DNA of 64,000 bases from Chrysomallon squamiferum (taxonomy: Eukaryota > Animalia > Mollusca): the NCBI GenBank assembly GCA_012295275.1, contig CM022678.1, positions 6,572,001 to 6,636,000 on the forward strand, in the 5' to 3' direction. Under the pieces are notes generated by a model. It had not been told where the DNA came from. It made no database searches and saw only the letters and a list, made by a program, of their open reading frames with translations. Below are positions 28,488 through 42,121 of the stretch, piece after piece; the first letter of the stretch is position 1; each line of letters starts with the position of its first letter. A program made the translations under genes and the position numbers.

Positions 28488-29664
28488 GTCAGAGCTTTAC
28501 GTCACTGGGTCATTACGTAACAATAACTTACTACGACCAGGTATACAATATCATTAGTACTATGTCGGCTAGGTATGTGGTCAGTAACAGGATTTAATTT
28601 ATTAGCTGAAACAGCTACTGTTTAGAGCAAGTATCTGAGCACTTCGTTAATATTATCAAAAAGTGATGTGTTGTATGTTTAATACTTTGTTTAAATAGAT
28701 GCATAATATCGTTTATGTTATCTGAACTGGATGGGTATTGTCATTATCACAGACTGATATGTTATATTATTAAAAAAAAATTCAAATCGATACATAATAT
28801 CATTAATATTATCTCAACTAGATGTGTATTATCATTAATATTATCACAGAATGATAAGTTATGTCGTTAATGTTTTTGAAATCGATACATAATATCATTA
28901 ATATTATCTCAACTAGATGTGTATTATCATTAATATTATCACAGAATGATATGTTATGTCATTAATGTTTTTGAAATCGATACATAATATCATTAATATT
29001 ATCTCAACTAGATGTGTATTATCATTAATATTATCACAGAATGATATGTTATGTTATTAATATTTTTGAAATCGATACATAATATCATTAATATTATCTC
29101 AACTGAATGTGTATTATCATTAATATTATCACAGAATGATAAGTTATGTCATTAACATTTTTGAAATCGATACATAATATCATTAATATTATCACTGAAT
29201 GATATGTTATCTCATTAATATTTTGGAAATAGATATATAAAATCATTAATATTATCTCAACTAGATGTGTATTATCATTAATATTATCTCAAGTAGGTAT
29301 GCAGTATCACTGATATTAGCCAAATACGTAATATTATTGCACATACATGTGTGATGTCATTAATCGTATGCCAGTCACATCTGTGATGTTTGATGTCTAA
29401 TTACAGATTATCTATTTAAGAGGCGAGTTTGAGGCGATGGACTTACTACAGGACAATAAACTTAATATGGGAGAGTTTATGCGTCTGATGAGGCTCCTAC
29501 AGTATCCAGGCGGAAGTGAAGGAGCAAAGGTGATAAGGGTCTCATGCCTGAGTTATATCTTTTGTTTTTCCAACATTTATCTTTAGCTTATATTTCTTTC
29601 TTTTTTGAATTTTTATGTTTTAATAAAACATTTATTTGAGTGTTAATTGGCAATATTTATCCTC

Positions 29665-29704
<40 letters not shown>

Positions 29705-29752
29705 GTTATGATTATGATTATGATTATGATTATGATTATGATTATGATTATG

Positions 29753-29785
<33 letters not shown>

Positions 29786-30664
29786 TGGCTGTTTTATCTT
29801 GTAGTTTTAAAAAAAGAATTTGGAGGGTAACTGGGTTTAATTCTGTTTTTGTTAATACTGTCTTTTATGTTTTGCAGACAGTTCAGTCTTGTCTTTTTAT
29901 ATTTTATCTTTTTTTCTTTTTAAGTCATATGGCATATATTTATATTACTTTTTATCTATTTCAGACAATTTTGCTGATATTTTCTTATTCCTATCTTTTA
30001 TCTACTGCCGACAATTTTACTATTGTTTAATTATTTCCATGGTTTTTCTTCTGCAGACGATTTCTCTGTATCTGGTTCTTTTGTCGTATCTACTGCCGAC
30101 AGTTTCGCTTGTTTTTTTTTTTTTGTTGTTGTTGTATTTCTATCATTTATCAACTGCCGACAGTTTTGTTGCTATTTTGGTATTTCTGTCGTGTATCTGC
30201 TGCCGACAGTTTCTCGGATATTTCTGTCGTTTATCCATTTTTACCAGTTCAGCAGTAATTCTGAAATTTCTACTGTTTATCTCCTGCAGACATTCTTGCT
30301 GTTATTTATTTAGTTACTTCTGTATGATGATCTACTGCCGACAGTGTAGTCATTTCTGTCTTTTTATCTATTGCAGACAATCTGGATGCGTCTGGGATTG
30401 TCTGAGCGGAGTTCGATGAGCGAAGACGAATACGTTGATTTGATGATTAACGACGAGGAGTTGGAGAAGAGGTAAATCATTGTTATTATTAGTAGCAATA
30501 CGTCATGTGTAATATAAGTTTGTGGCGTGGTAGGGCAAAATGAGTCGAACGTCCCAAGTATAGAATTACAACAACAGCAGCAAGAAGACGAAGAAGAAGA
30601 AGAAGAAGAAGAAGAAGAACAACAACAACAAGAAGAAGAAGAAGAAGAAGAAGAAGAAGAAGAA

Positions 30665-30706
<42 letters not shown>

Positions 30707-31514
30707 TAACTACAAAAAAAACAAAAAAAACAAAAAAAAAAAAAAAAAAAAAAAAATAAAAAACACCGACAAATCCGTCAGTAATGGTGGAAGAGCAATA
30801 ACAGTAGTATTCGTAGAAGAAGTAATAAATGTACTAATAGAACTAGAATTAGTCTGAGCAGATACGATAATAACAGTGGTAGTGCTAGAAGCAGTAGTAG
30901 CATTGGTACTAACAGAAATAGTTATAGCAGTACGTGTTGTTGTATTAGTAGTGGTAATTGTAGTAGTAGTAGTAATAGTAGTTTTAGGGAGAGTAATAAT
31001 ATTAGGAAACGTAGCTGGAAAAGTAGTAATAGTAGTAACAGTAGTAGTAGTAATAACAGTAATTGTCGTAGTAGTAATAGTAGTAACAGTAGTAGTAGTA
31101 ATAACAGTAATTGTAGTAGTAGTAATAGTAGTTGTAGGGAGAGTAATAATATTAGGAAACGTAGCTGGAAAAGTAGTAATAGTAACAGTAGTAGTAGTAA
31201 TAACAGTAACAGTAGTAGTAGTAGTAGTAGCAGCAGTAGTAGCTGTAGTAGAATACGTTGGCAGTGGCATTAACAGCATTAAAATAGTGGTATTGATAAT
31301 AACAGAAACAACAGTAATAGCATATAAATAATTTTCTGCGCGCAAAAGACGATTAAATAGCTTAGAGGATATATATAATATATAATAGATATATATCTAC
31401 TATGTTAATAATAACTGACACTTATCAATTAATACACGTCTGGTTTACATTATTGTTATACAAATTATTTTATTTATTACCTATTTCGTTTTCTTTGTTC
31501 AATAGGTTTTTTTT

Positions 31515-31572
<58 letters not shown>

Positions 31573-31881
31573 GTATATGTAGATGTGTGTATGTGTATAC
31601 GTGTATTTGTGTGTATGTGTGTAAAATATTATGATATTTTGTCGACGTAGTGTTATTTGTTACTTCATTTCTATTCCAGTTAACTATTACGCAATATGAA
31701 TTATCATATGTATTACATTTGTCATTACAAATTACTTGTACGTACTACATTAGTAAATTAAATTATTTTCCGTTTTATTTCTATACACATATAAATTATT
31801 TTATATATTACATTCAGTCCTATATATATATCAGTTCTTCAAACACTATATTGATAATTTATTTATACAATTTTTTTAATA

Positions 31882-31920
<39 letters not shown>

Positions 31921-32676
31921 CAGGTTTTAATTATTTTACAATATTACAATTATTTCTATTCAGATTTAATAATTTAGTAGTCATATATTCTCGTTTTTAA
32001 AAAAAAAAAGAGATTATATTTCGGGATTGCTATAATATGGCATTATCGATTCTGTGTAAACGAAACTGCATATTACTTCCAGTTACTTTTAAGTAATGAA
32101 ATTAGAGTATGTCTCTGTAACACCAGATGTTTGCAATAACAGAATATTAGTGTTGAAGATATGCATTGTGTTTTTATTTTTAACATCGATCGCGTGTTAT
32201 GTACAGAAATAACTTTGATTAGTCGAGCGTTTTGATAAATGTGACACATATCCCGTGGTGTATGATTAATACGAAGAATTTATTTTTAATGTTAGTATCT
32301 GCGTGTTATTCATTTTTGTAATGATGATGGCGATGATTATAACGATGACAACGTGAGCAGCAACATCAACAGCAAGAGAGTATCAGTAACTGCAACAGTA
32401 TCATCATTAACAAAAACAACAACAACAGCAGCAATAATAATGATTAAACGTACTCAAGCATGCGTGTGTACAAGTACAGATTCATACATACAGACATACC
32501 TAGAAATATAAACACACATACGTACAGTACAGACAGACAGACAGACAGAGACATACACACACACATACATACAGAATCATTTAGCCACATGCCTACATAT
32601 TTACATTCATTCACATCTGTGTACATGCATACACAGAGAAAATTAATATACACTTATTATTATTATTATTATTATC

Positions 32677-32711
<35 letters not shown>

Positions 32712-32761
32712 GTGTAGTAGTAATGGTACTATTGTTTTGTTTGTTATTATTATTATTATTA

Positions 32762-32799
<38 letters not shown>

Positions 32800-32950
32800 A
32801 TCATTATTAATTGTGTTGTTGCTGTTGTCGTTGTTGTTGTTATTATTATTATTATTAATTGTTGTGTTGTTGGTGTTGTCGTTGTTGTCGTTGTTATTAT
32901 TATTATCATCATCATTATTATTAATTGTGTTGTTGTTGCTGTTGTCGTTG

Positions 32951-32989
<39 letters not shown>

Positions 32990-33252
32990 GTTGTGTTGTT
33001 GTCGTCCTAGTTGTTGTTATTATTATTATTCTTTTCAGCACTAGTATCTGGCGTCGTATTTACGAGAAATTCGACTGGGACAAAAGCGGCCACGCCACCG
33101 TCTCCGACGTAGAGACGGGACTGAAAGAACTGCTTGGCGGCGACCTGCCGGTCGACATGAAAGAAAACATCAGAAAAATGGATGAAAACAGAGATGGGAA
33201 GATTTACTACTCAAATTTCCTTCGCATGCAGCTCGGAATGGTCAAAGGATAA
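28386..33252 (+). CDS. Divergent calmodulin-like EF-hand protein, 4 coding exons, about 177 aa from the first in-exon ATG
   Basis: Exons 28361/28386-28487, 29407-29529, 30377-30471 and 33039-33252 all have AG/GT ends and compatible phases (0,0,2). Spliced product: MMKQGF...MSEEQIKEFDTK-IIYLRGEFEAMDLLQDNKLNMGEFMRLMR...-TIWMRLG...-STSIWRRIYEKFDWDKSGHATVSD...MDENRDGKIYYSNFLRMQLGMVKG*. The true start may lie in an unidentified upstream exon. Confidence 0.85.
28690..29310. repeat. 95-bp minisatellite made of three ~32-bp subunits, in an EF-hand gene intron
   Basis: tcgatacataat recurs at 28787, 28882, 28977, 29072 and 29167 (exact 95-bp period); subunit core tcattaatatt. Confidence 0.92.
29407..29529 (+). 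CDS. EF-hand gene exon (EF1)
   Basis: ttacag acceptor, AAG|gtgata donor; FEAMDLLQDNKLNMGEF loop. Confidence 0.8.
29860..30382 (+). repeat. Degenerate ~45-50 bp tandem repeat whose last unit is the exon acceptor
   Basis: tatctactgc(c/a)gaca(g/a)ttt recurs about 10 times and ends at the real acceptor tatctattgcag|acaatc. Confidence 0.8.
30377..30471 (+). CDS. EF-hand gene exon (degenerate EF2)
   Basis: ttgcag acceptor, AG|gtaaat donor; SSMSEDEYVDLM. Confidence 0.75.
33039..33252 (+). CDS. EF-hand gene last exon (EF3 and EF4)
   Basis: ttttcag acceptor; loops DWDKSGHATVSD and DENRDGKIYYSN; TAA stop. Confidence 0.9.
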
Positions 33253-33467
33253 AAAAAAAAACAAGGCCGGATTTTTTTTTTACGTTTCGTTTAATTTAAA
33301 TGGCGGAATTTAGAATTGCTGGTTCGTTTAAAAGATGGATTCGACGACTGAAATGACTGATGATATTTTTTATTTTTTTTTTTTTTTTGCTTTTTAAAAA
33401 AAAAAAATTTTTTACATGTAAGTAAGGAAAAGAATGAAAACTGGGACCGGGTGAAAAAGAACAGAAT

Positions 33468-33545
<78 letters not shown>

Positions 33546-33901
33546 CTTTCTAAAATATCTTTCTGGTTTTTCTAAAAAAACGGATTTAACGAAACAGAAT
33601 GGTGAAAAGAAAAAGACGATCTGGATATTCTAAAATAAATCAATAACATTTAATTTTATTGACAGATTTAATATTTTTACATTATAATTTTTAAGACAGG
33701 CTTACTTTTTTTAATTTATTTAATTATTTACTAAATCTTTGCTAAAAGACGGAATGATACCGAGCACGAAATAAAATCAGGATTCTTTAAAATAGACGAC
33801 ATATTTAATACTAACAGGAATAGACTGATTAAAACAAATAACTGCTAAAAGAATTTTTAATATCTGATTAAAATAGATAAAATAGAAAAATAATAATGAT
33901 G

Positions 33902-33938
<37 letters not shown>

Positions 33939-34119
33939 GAAAGAAAGAAAGAAAAATGTTCTTAATTTCCTTAACTTAATTTGCAGTCGTAAAAAACACT
34001 TTTTATAAAAATAACTACCGTTCGAAAGAATGAACATTGACGTAATAATCAGCTAGTTTTTATACTTTTATACTTACAGTTATTACTTTCAAATAATATT
34101 GTTTTGTAAGTGTGGTATG

Positions 34120-34420
34120 AGACCCGAAAAAAAAAAAGTTCCCGTCTGGTGTCACTCGATGACAAAAGTATTCCGATTCATAGCAACAGACTTTTTATTT
34201 ACTAATTTACAGACAGGAGAATTGCACTTGAATTATATAGTTATTTGTCATCAGTAATGTTAGTTTGTAAGTTTGTTACTGGTACGAAACCAGAAGAAAA
34301 ATACCCCGCCTGGTAACAGTCTATAATTAAATGTCTTCCGATTTACAGCAACAAACTGTTTTAATTTACTGATTTACAGCAACAAACTGTTTTAATTTAC
34401 TGATTTACAGACAGGAGAGT
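34120..34420. repeat. ~165-bp degenerate direct duplication with an internal ~32-bp duplication
   Basis: cccg.ctggt...ttccgatt...gcaaca.act...tttact.atttacagacaggaga occurs twice. Confidence 0.7.
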
Positions 34421-34486
34421 TCATATCTCAGCATTTTATTGAATAAAGTATCGATTAAGATTTATTATTCCACCCCGAAATAGTAA

Positions 34487-34584
<98 letters not shown>

Positions 34585-34756
34585 TAATTTTTAAATATTT
34601 ATTATTTTATTTTATTTTATTTTATTTTATTTTTATTCATAATAATTTTTTTAAATACATATGTGTGTGTGTGTGTGTGTGTGTGTCTAATAGGTAGATG
34701 TTCGCTCTTGTAATAGAATTATATTAGTTTAACAAAAGGTTCAAATTCTGTCTTCA

Positions 34757-34796
<40 letters not shown>

Positions 34797-35785
34797 CGAG
34801 ACGCAAAGACACACACACACACACACATGCGTAAAATAGATCTATATTATGCATATGTCTACAGACAAACTCACGGCTGATAGAGAAGTATATTAATTAT
34901 ATCCCAGAATATTATGGTTTCTGCTTCGATACTTTAGTTTACATATTAGGACAGTTCACAAGGCAATACCAGTGTTATGAACACTGAATTTTTTTTTTAA
35001 TCGCTAAATTTTTTTTATGTTTTTATTTACGCCTGTATATTCACATTTACAATAAAATTATATCACAATTAATTATCTTTTATTTAATATTGAAATAAAA
35101 ATTGTAAAATCATTTTAATATTTGTTCTTACTTACGTATTTCATAAAAACTGAACATAGGCATTATAAATTATAAGTATCCATCTTCGACTTAGTTATTT
35201 GCTGAAGTTACAAGTTTTGCCCATTACAGGCATGCTTGAACAGCTGGCCTCACCTCACAAAGTTACCCCCACATCCAACCTGTCATTATCAGTGTTATGA
35301 AAACGATACTGACAGTAAATGTACAAACCTTTCTCGATCAAATTAACATTAATTTTACACACTATATAATCATTTCATCCATTTATAATTTTTACTGATT
35401 TATAATCAACTGTCATTCCGTTTGTAACTGTGTAAGTAAATTTTAATATTTTTTATTCGGAGGAATATCAAAATTTAATGCCAAAAACGGTGGGAAAAAT
35501 CAAAATAATAAAATAATAATAATAATAAAAGATGAAAATGATAAGAAAAAAGAAAAGAAAAAGAAAAGAAAGTCTATGACAAAACGAGACTGTTTTGGCA
35601 GAATAAATATTACGATACGCTATGATGTTTTGGAAACGTGTGTATTACTAGAGTTACGTCCTCTTAATAATAACATCGCATTATGTTTATGTGATTTATA
35701 AACCGGTTAATTTGAGGGTATTTATGAAATGTTTATTTGTGTATAATAAAGTAAATGTATTTCATATACACCAAAATTATTATAC

Positions 35786-35837
<52 letters not shown>

Positions 35838-36064
35838 AAATAATGATAACGATAACAGTTGCAGTAGTAGTAGTAGTCGTAGTAGTAGTAGTAATAATAA
35901 TTTAAGAAAGTAATAAAGAATGTTAATAATTTGAAGATTTAATATCCCTTGAGAATGTCTTTTATATCGTAACATGAACAAATACAACATAATAATAATA
36001 ATAAAATTATCATAATCACATCCAATTTATAGACAAGTCATTCTGTCTCTTACTTTATATTCAA

Positions 36065-36114
<50 letters not shown>

Positions 36115-37159
36115 AAATACGAACTCAAATAGATACTGTATTTCGAAAAGACATTAACAAGAGCGTAAATATTATCCTTAAAATAAACATGACGTCAACA
36201 TATTATGACGTCACAATTAATGGTTATATTTTTACAGACGTCTAATAATAGAAAAAAAAGAAGAAGAAAAAACAAAACAAAAAACCACGTAAATCCTGCA
36301 ATGATTATTTTTATTTCTGTATAAATATTTCGTAACAGTATTTGTGAAAAAATAAGATAACAACATCTGTAATAACAGAATTTACAAAAAAGAAACAACC
36401 CTGAAACATTAAAAAAAACCCAGAATTATGGACGATTCTGTGACAACAATTAAAAAAAGATAAGTAGAATTTGTTACGATTTTTAATTTAAAGTGGTACC
36501 AATGTATAAACGCAACACACGCTCGCACATACGCACACAATTATGTGTAACAAAGCATTGGCCTGACCAACAGTGTGATTCGGGTTCAATCCTCTTACAG
36601 TAACAGAACTGTACAGTGCTTCGTAATACATAAGATTAACAAACGGCACAAGCCATGCAATTAATAGCCTACATAACGAGTACAAGGGGATTTTTTGTTA
36701 AAGGAAGTGTCACGTGGGTTGACTTTGCTCAAACCTTTACACAAAATTTTGAAAACTCAATCTTTAATATAAAAAAAATATTTGTATCCATCAACAATAT
36801 GCAACTTAAACGAAATACTGTTTTACTTCCTTACTTTTCTAAAATATTCTCCACCATTTTGTGCATATTTGGGAGGATAATTTCCCCACCTGATATGGTG
36901 AATATTATTGCCTGTCTTTCTTCTATGGGAAGAGTAGTAATAATAATACTTTTATATAAAATATATTTACTGTCTGATGATTAATATGAGGAATTGTAAA
37001 AAGCAAAAGCTGGCATAATTGACTAGTACTAGATTTGTAATACATAATATAATGTCATTCTGAGGTTATGTAATTATCATGTGTTTAGTAATTAAAATAC
37101 TGAAAAATTGAGCAATGAGAATTCAGCAGTGATATTATTCACATGCAGTCATACAAGAG

Positions 37160-37211
<52 letters not shown>

Positions 37212-37337
37212 ATATATGTGGCATATATCTGTCTGTGCATATGTATATGTATGTATCTGTATATATGTCTGTGTGTGTTTGCATAAAGAAAAAAATTCAG
37301 AAAGAGAACTATATATATGTGTGTGTGTGTGTGAGTC

Positions 37338-37420
<83 letters not shown>

Positions 37421-38044
37421 TGACATTACAAATGTTTCACAACACATTCATCATTACTTCAAAATATTTTCAAGAAAATTAACAATGAAAAACAACAACA
37501 AAAATAAAAACCTATAGTTACAGGATTTTCTAATTAAAAAATATAAAACTTAAATCACAGTATATCATTAAATACCACTGAAATAGAAGTACAAAATATA
37601 AAACAGTAAAAAACATTAAAGCTCAGTTAATCTGAGGATAAAGGTATTAAAGTTGTATCACACACACACAAACACGCTTACACACACACACACACACTGA
37701 TACACACAAACACACACATATATACACATCCTCACACACAACCAGCCCCCCACACACATACACACATACACACATGCACAAACACAGACAGAAAAAAAAC
37801 AGAGCATATACACACACATACACAAACTACTTAATTCAAAAACTGCAAAAACTAAATTTTTTTTTATCTATACTACGAAGTTTAATGTTTATATTAACAT
37901 AACGTATGTGGTATCTTTTTTCAGCTAGTGAAATATATCTTAACAATTTTCTATTTCTCATTTACGTAAAAAATTAAAATTTGAGTGACAAACTAAAGAC
38001 CACATTGATGCAGAAGTGAATGCATTTTGCACTCAAACTCACAC

Positions 38045-38098
<54 letters not shown>

Positions 38099-38180
38099 CG
38101 TCACTTGCATCATCCATTTTCTCTTTCACCTACGTATAAAACTTTCTAATGAAGTCAACGTCAAAATAAGTTAACCCTGT

Positions 38181-38354
38181 TCAGCACTCTTGTTCATCAA
38201 GTTCAGTTTTCGTTTCGTTGACTTTACACAAGGAGTCGTTCGTCCCCGCTATGACAACGTACTGGCTTCGACTGTCATCACCACAGCAACAGCTACAACA
38301 TGTCCGACAGGAACAGGCAGACACACAGACGGTGTATATGGCCATGAGGATCCC
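38181..38354 (-). CDS. SLC18B1: SLC18B1-like last coding exon (Cys-rich tail)
   Basis: cag|[25 protein letters not shown]...DEQEC*; phase matches exon 12. Confidence 0.8.
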   Translation of the reverse strand, partial: GILMAIYTVCVSACSCRTCCSCCCGDDSRSQYVVIAGTNDSLCKVNETKTELDEQEC

Positions 38355-39199
38355 CTGTGTAAGAAAATAATAATAATGATGATGACGATGATGATGATGA
38401 TGATCATACATTAATAATAACAAAAATGACAACTACAATGATAATAATGATAATTATTATTACTATAATAATGACAATGAAATGATGATGATAATGATAA
38501 TGGTAATAATAATGATGATAAGGACAGTAGTAGTGGTAATACTAGCAAAGTACAAACAGTAGTGATGGCTGTGTTAGTAGTAATAGTAATGTTAGTAGTA
38601 ATATTAGTAATAACGACAGTAGTATGTCTAGTAATAATATACTTACAATAAGAAGTAGCAATACTACTACTACTACTACTACTAATAATAATAATAATAA
38701 TAATAGTAACAAGGACAACAACCAAAATTAAAAAGAATAACAGCTGCTATAAAATAGAGTCAATAAAATAAAATATAACAAAAGCTCACAGCCAATGAAA
38801 TAAAAGAGAACAAAAACTCATAGCCAATGAAATAAAAGGTAACAAAAACTCACAGCCAATGAAATAAAAGGTAACAAAAACTCACAGCCAATGAACTAAA
38901 AGGTAACAAAAACTCACAGCCAATGAAACAAAAGATGCCAAAACTCACAGCCGATGATATAAAAGGTAACAAAAACTCATAGCCAATGAAATAAAAGGTA
39001 ACAAAAACTCACAGCCAATGAAATAAAAGGTAACAAAAACTCATAGCCAATGAAATAAAAGGTAACAAAAACTCACAGCCAGTAACAAGAGCCCTGCAGA
39101 TACTGTAGCTGCCCAGTCAAATCCGTAGTACTGAGACATCAACCCACCAACAGTGGGGCCCGCAAACGTCCTAGACAAAAATGTTCACAATTAAAAATA

Positions 39200-39234
<35 letters not shown>

Positions 39235-39250
39235 TGTATGTATGTATGTA

Positions 39251-39334
<84 letters not shown>

Positions 39335-40002
39335 TGTATATATGTGTGTGTGCATGTGTATGTATGTATATTATTTTCTGTTCTCATTCTCTGTGTGTCT
39401 CTATATATACATACATATATATATATACATACACACACACATATGTATGTATGTATGTATATATGTATATATATGTGTGTGTGCATATATATATATATGT
39501 ATGTATATATACATGTGTATAGAGACACATACAGAGAATGTGAACAGAAACAAATAGTGTTACTTGTAAGAGAAACACACACACACAATACACACATCAA
39601 TATATACATTCATACATATATACATACATGTACACATACGTACATACATACATACATACATACACTGCATAATAAAAGCAGGTCATTTTAAACTTGTTAT
39701 TTCTTCCGATTGTATCTGATTAATTCTTTCTTTCAATCTATCTTCATTCCTTCATTTCTATATTCTCTCTCTCTCTCTATCCTCCTCTCTCATAAACAAT
39801 AATAATTTTATTCCAAACTGTTAACATCTATCTTCCGTAACTTTGACTGGTTTTTGTCATCTAAAAACTTACCCTAAACTGAAAGCTGAATTAAAACAAC
39901 CTGAAACTAGCCCATAAGTGTTTAAATTCTCTTCAAACCCTATTTCTCTGAAAAATAAAATGTATCCATTAGTAACTCTTTAAAAATAATGAATATCTAT
40001 CA

Positions 40003-40033
<31 letters not shown>

Positions 40034-42078
40034 TTAATAATAAGAAGAAGAAATAAAAAATTAATAAGTACACATATATATATATTCTTCATTAGTAAAG
40101 CTTTAAAAATAACAAATATTCATTAATAAACATTTAAAGATCAATAAATATTTATTACATTTTATTCATTAATTAATCTTTAAAAATAATAAATATTTAT
40201 TTAATTTTTTTTCATTAAGATACCTTTAAACATCCATGATTATTTATTCAAACATATCCATTAATACATAATTAATGAATCAATTAATATTCATTCACAG
40301 TTGCCCAAACAAACCTTTAAAGATCAGTGAATTGTGATTAATTAAGTAATCTTTATAGATGAGTGAATATTGATTTAATTTATTCATTAACAAACCTTTA
40401 ATAAATAAATGAATATATAATCACATTTCTACATTAATAGATCTTTAAAAAGTCAGAAAAATAAGATTTTTGTCAATAATCTTTTTAAGAATCAGTAAAT
40501 ATTCACTAAAATATCTCATTGATAAATTCTTAGTTAATCAGTGAATATTATTAAACCTTTAAAAAATAATAAACTTTATTCACATTTCTTAATAAATAAC
40601 CAATTAACAAATCAGTGAATAATCATTTGCTAACAAATCTTAAAATAATCAATCAAAATGTATTCAAATTAGTACTCCTCCTTATACTGAAATACCAATC
40701 TTTAATGTTTCAAAAATATTATTCTTATACTTTATTATTATGAAAAACTGGTTGCCAGGTATTTTTCACAAAATCACTTAAAAGAATTCAAAATGTATTA
40801 AAACTTGGTTTCTGTTATTATTTTTTAAAATAAATAAATATAATTTTTAAAATACCAAATGTACTTGTTAATTATTAAGAGGTTGTTTTAGTTATTTTGA
40901 CCTTTGAACTTTGACCTACTTTGCTCCTTGAATGAGCCCTTTGATGGCAGGAATGAGAGCACAACCGAGGAAAATACCAAGTAACATGAGACCAACAATA
41001 ATCAGCCAGAGCTTGCTGTAAATTTATAAATAATAATAGTAATAGTAATAACAATAATAATAGTAATAGTAATAGTAATAATAATAATAATAATAGTAAT
41101 AGTAATAGTAATAATAGTAATAATAATAGTAATAGTAATAGCAATAACAACAATAATAGTAATAATAATAATAAAGTAATAATAACAATAATAGTAATAA
41201 CAATAATAATAGTAATAATAATAATAATAATAAAAATAAAGTAATAATAACAATAATAATAGTAATAATAATAATAATAATTATAATAATAAAAATAAAG
41301 TAATAATAACAATAATAGTAATAGTAATAACAATAATAATAGTTATAATAATAATAATAAAAGTAATAATATTGTAATAATAAGAGTTAATAATAATACA
41401 TGCAGTAATAATAATAACTATAATAATAACTATAATAATAAGAAGAAGAAGAAGAAAAATAATAAGGTGATGATAATAAGGTGATGAAAAATAATAACAT
41501 TAATGATTATAAAATATTAACTTTATTATTAGTAAAGAGTTTCTACTAGTGACAAATAAAGTTATTACTTGTAAGAATATGAAATATTTACTTTACTATT
41601 AATAATTAATTGCTACTATTATCAAATAACGTTATTACTTGTAAGAATATGAAATATTTATTTTATTATTAATAAAGAATTGCTACTGGTGACAAATAAA
41701 GTTATTACTTGTAAGAATATGAAAACTTTTACTTTATTATTAATAAAGAATTGCTACTAGTAACAAATAAAGTTACTATTTGTAAGAACATAAAATATTT
41801 ACTTTATTATTAGTAAAGAATGGCTACTAATAAAGGAATGAACTTTGTACTTACTATGGTAAAAATGGAATCAGTGGTGAAGGTCCAAGTAATATATAAC
41901 TAACACAAGAGATCAAATTGCCAATAATAATAGGAGTTTTTATAAAACCCTGCAAAACACAAAGAAAATATTAAATAGAAAATAAAGAGTATACAATTAA
42001 TGTCGCTGGATGTTCTTATTAGTCTTCTCTGTAAAAATAAGTTAGAGGACAAAAAGTATTGAAACAATTACTACAGCA

Positions 42079-42121
<43 letters not shown>

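Noticed and set aside
30710-31345. Thr-rich mucin-like 211-aa ORF with an internal repeat (FPATFPNIITLP twice)
   Set aside because: Degenerate (AGT/AAT)n tract with a ~150-bp local duplication inside an EF-hand gene intron; no real start or signal peptide.
36540-36600. gggttcaatcct B-box-like motif suggesting a tRNA or tRNA-derived SINE
   Set aside because: No cloverleaf, no clear A box and no second copy in the window.
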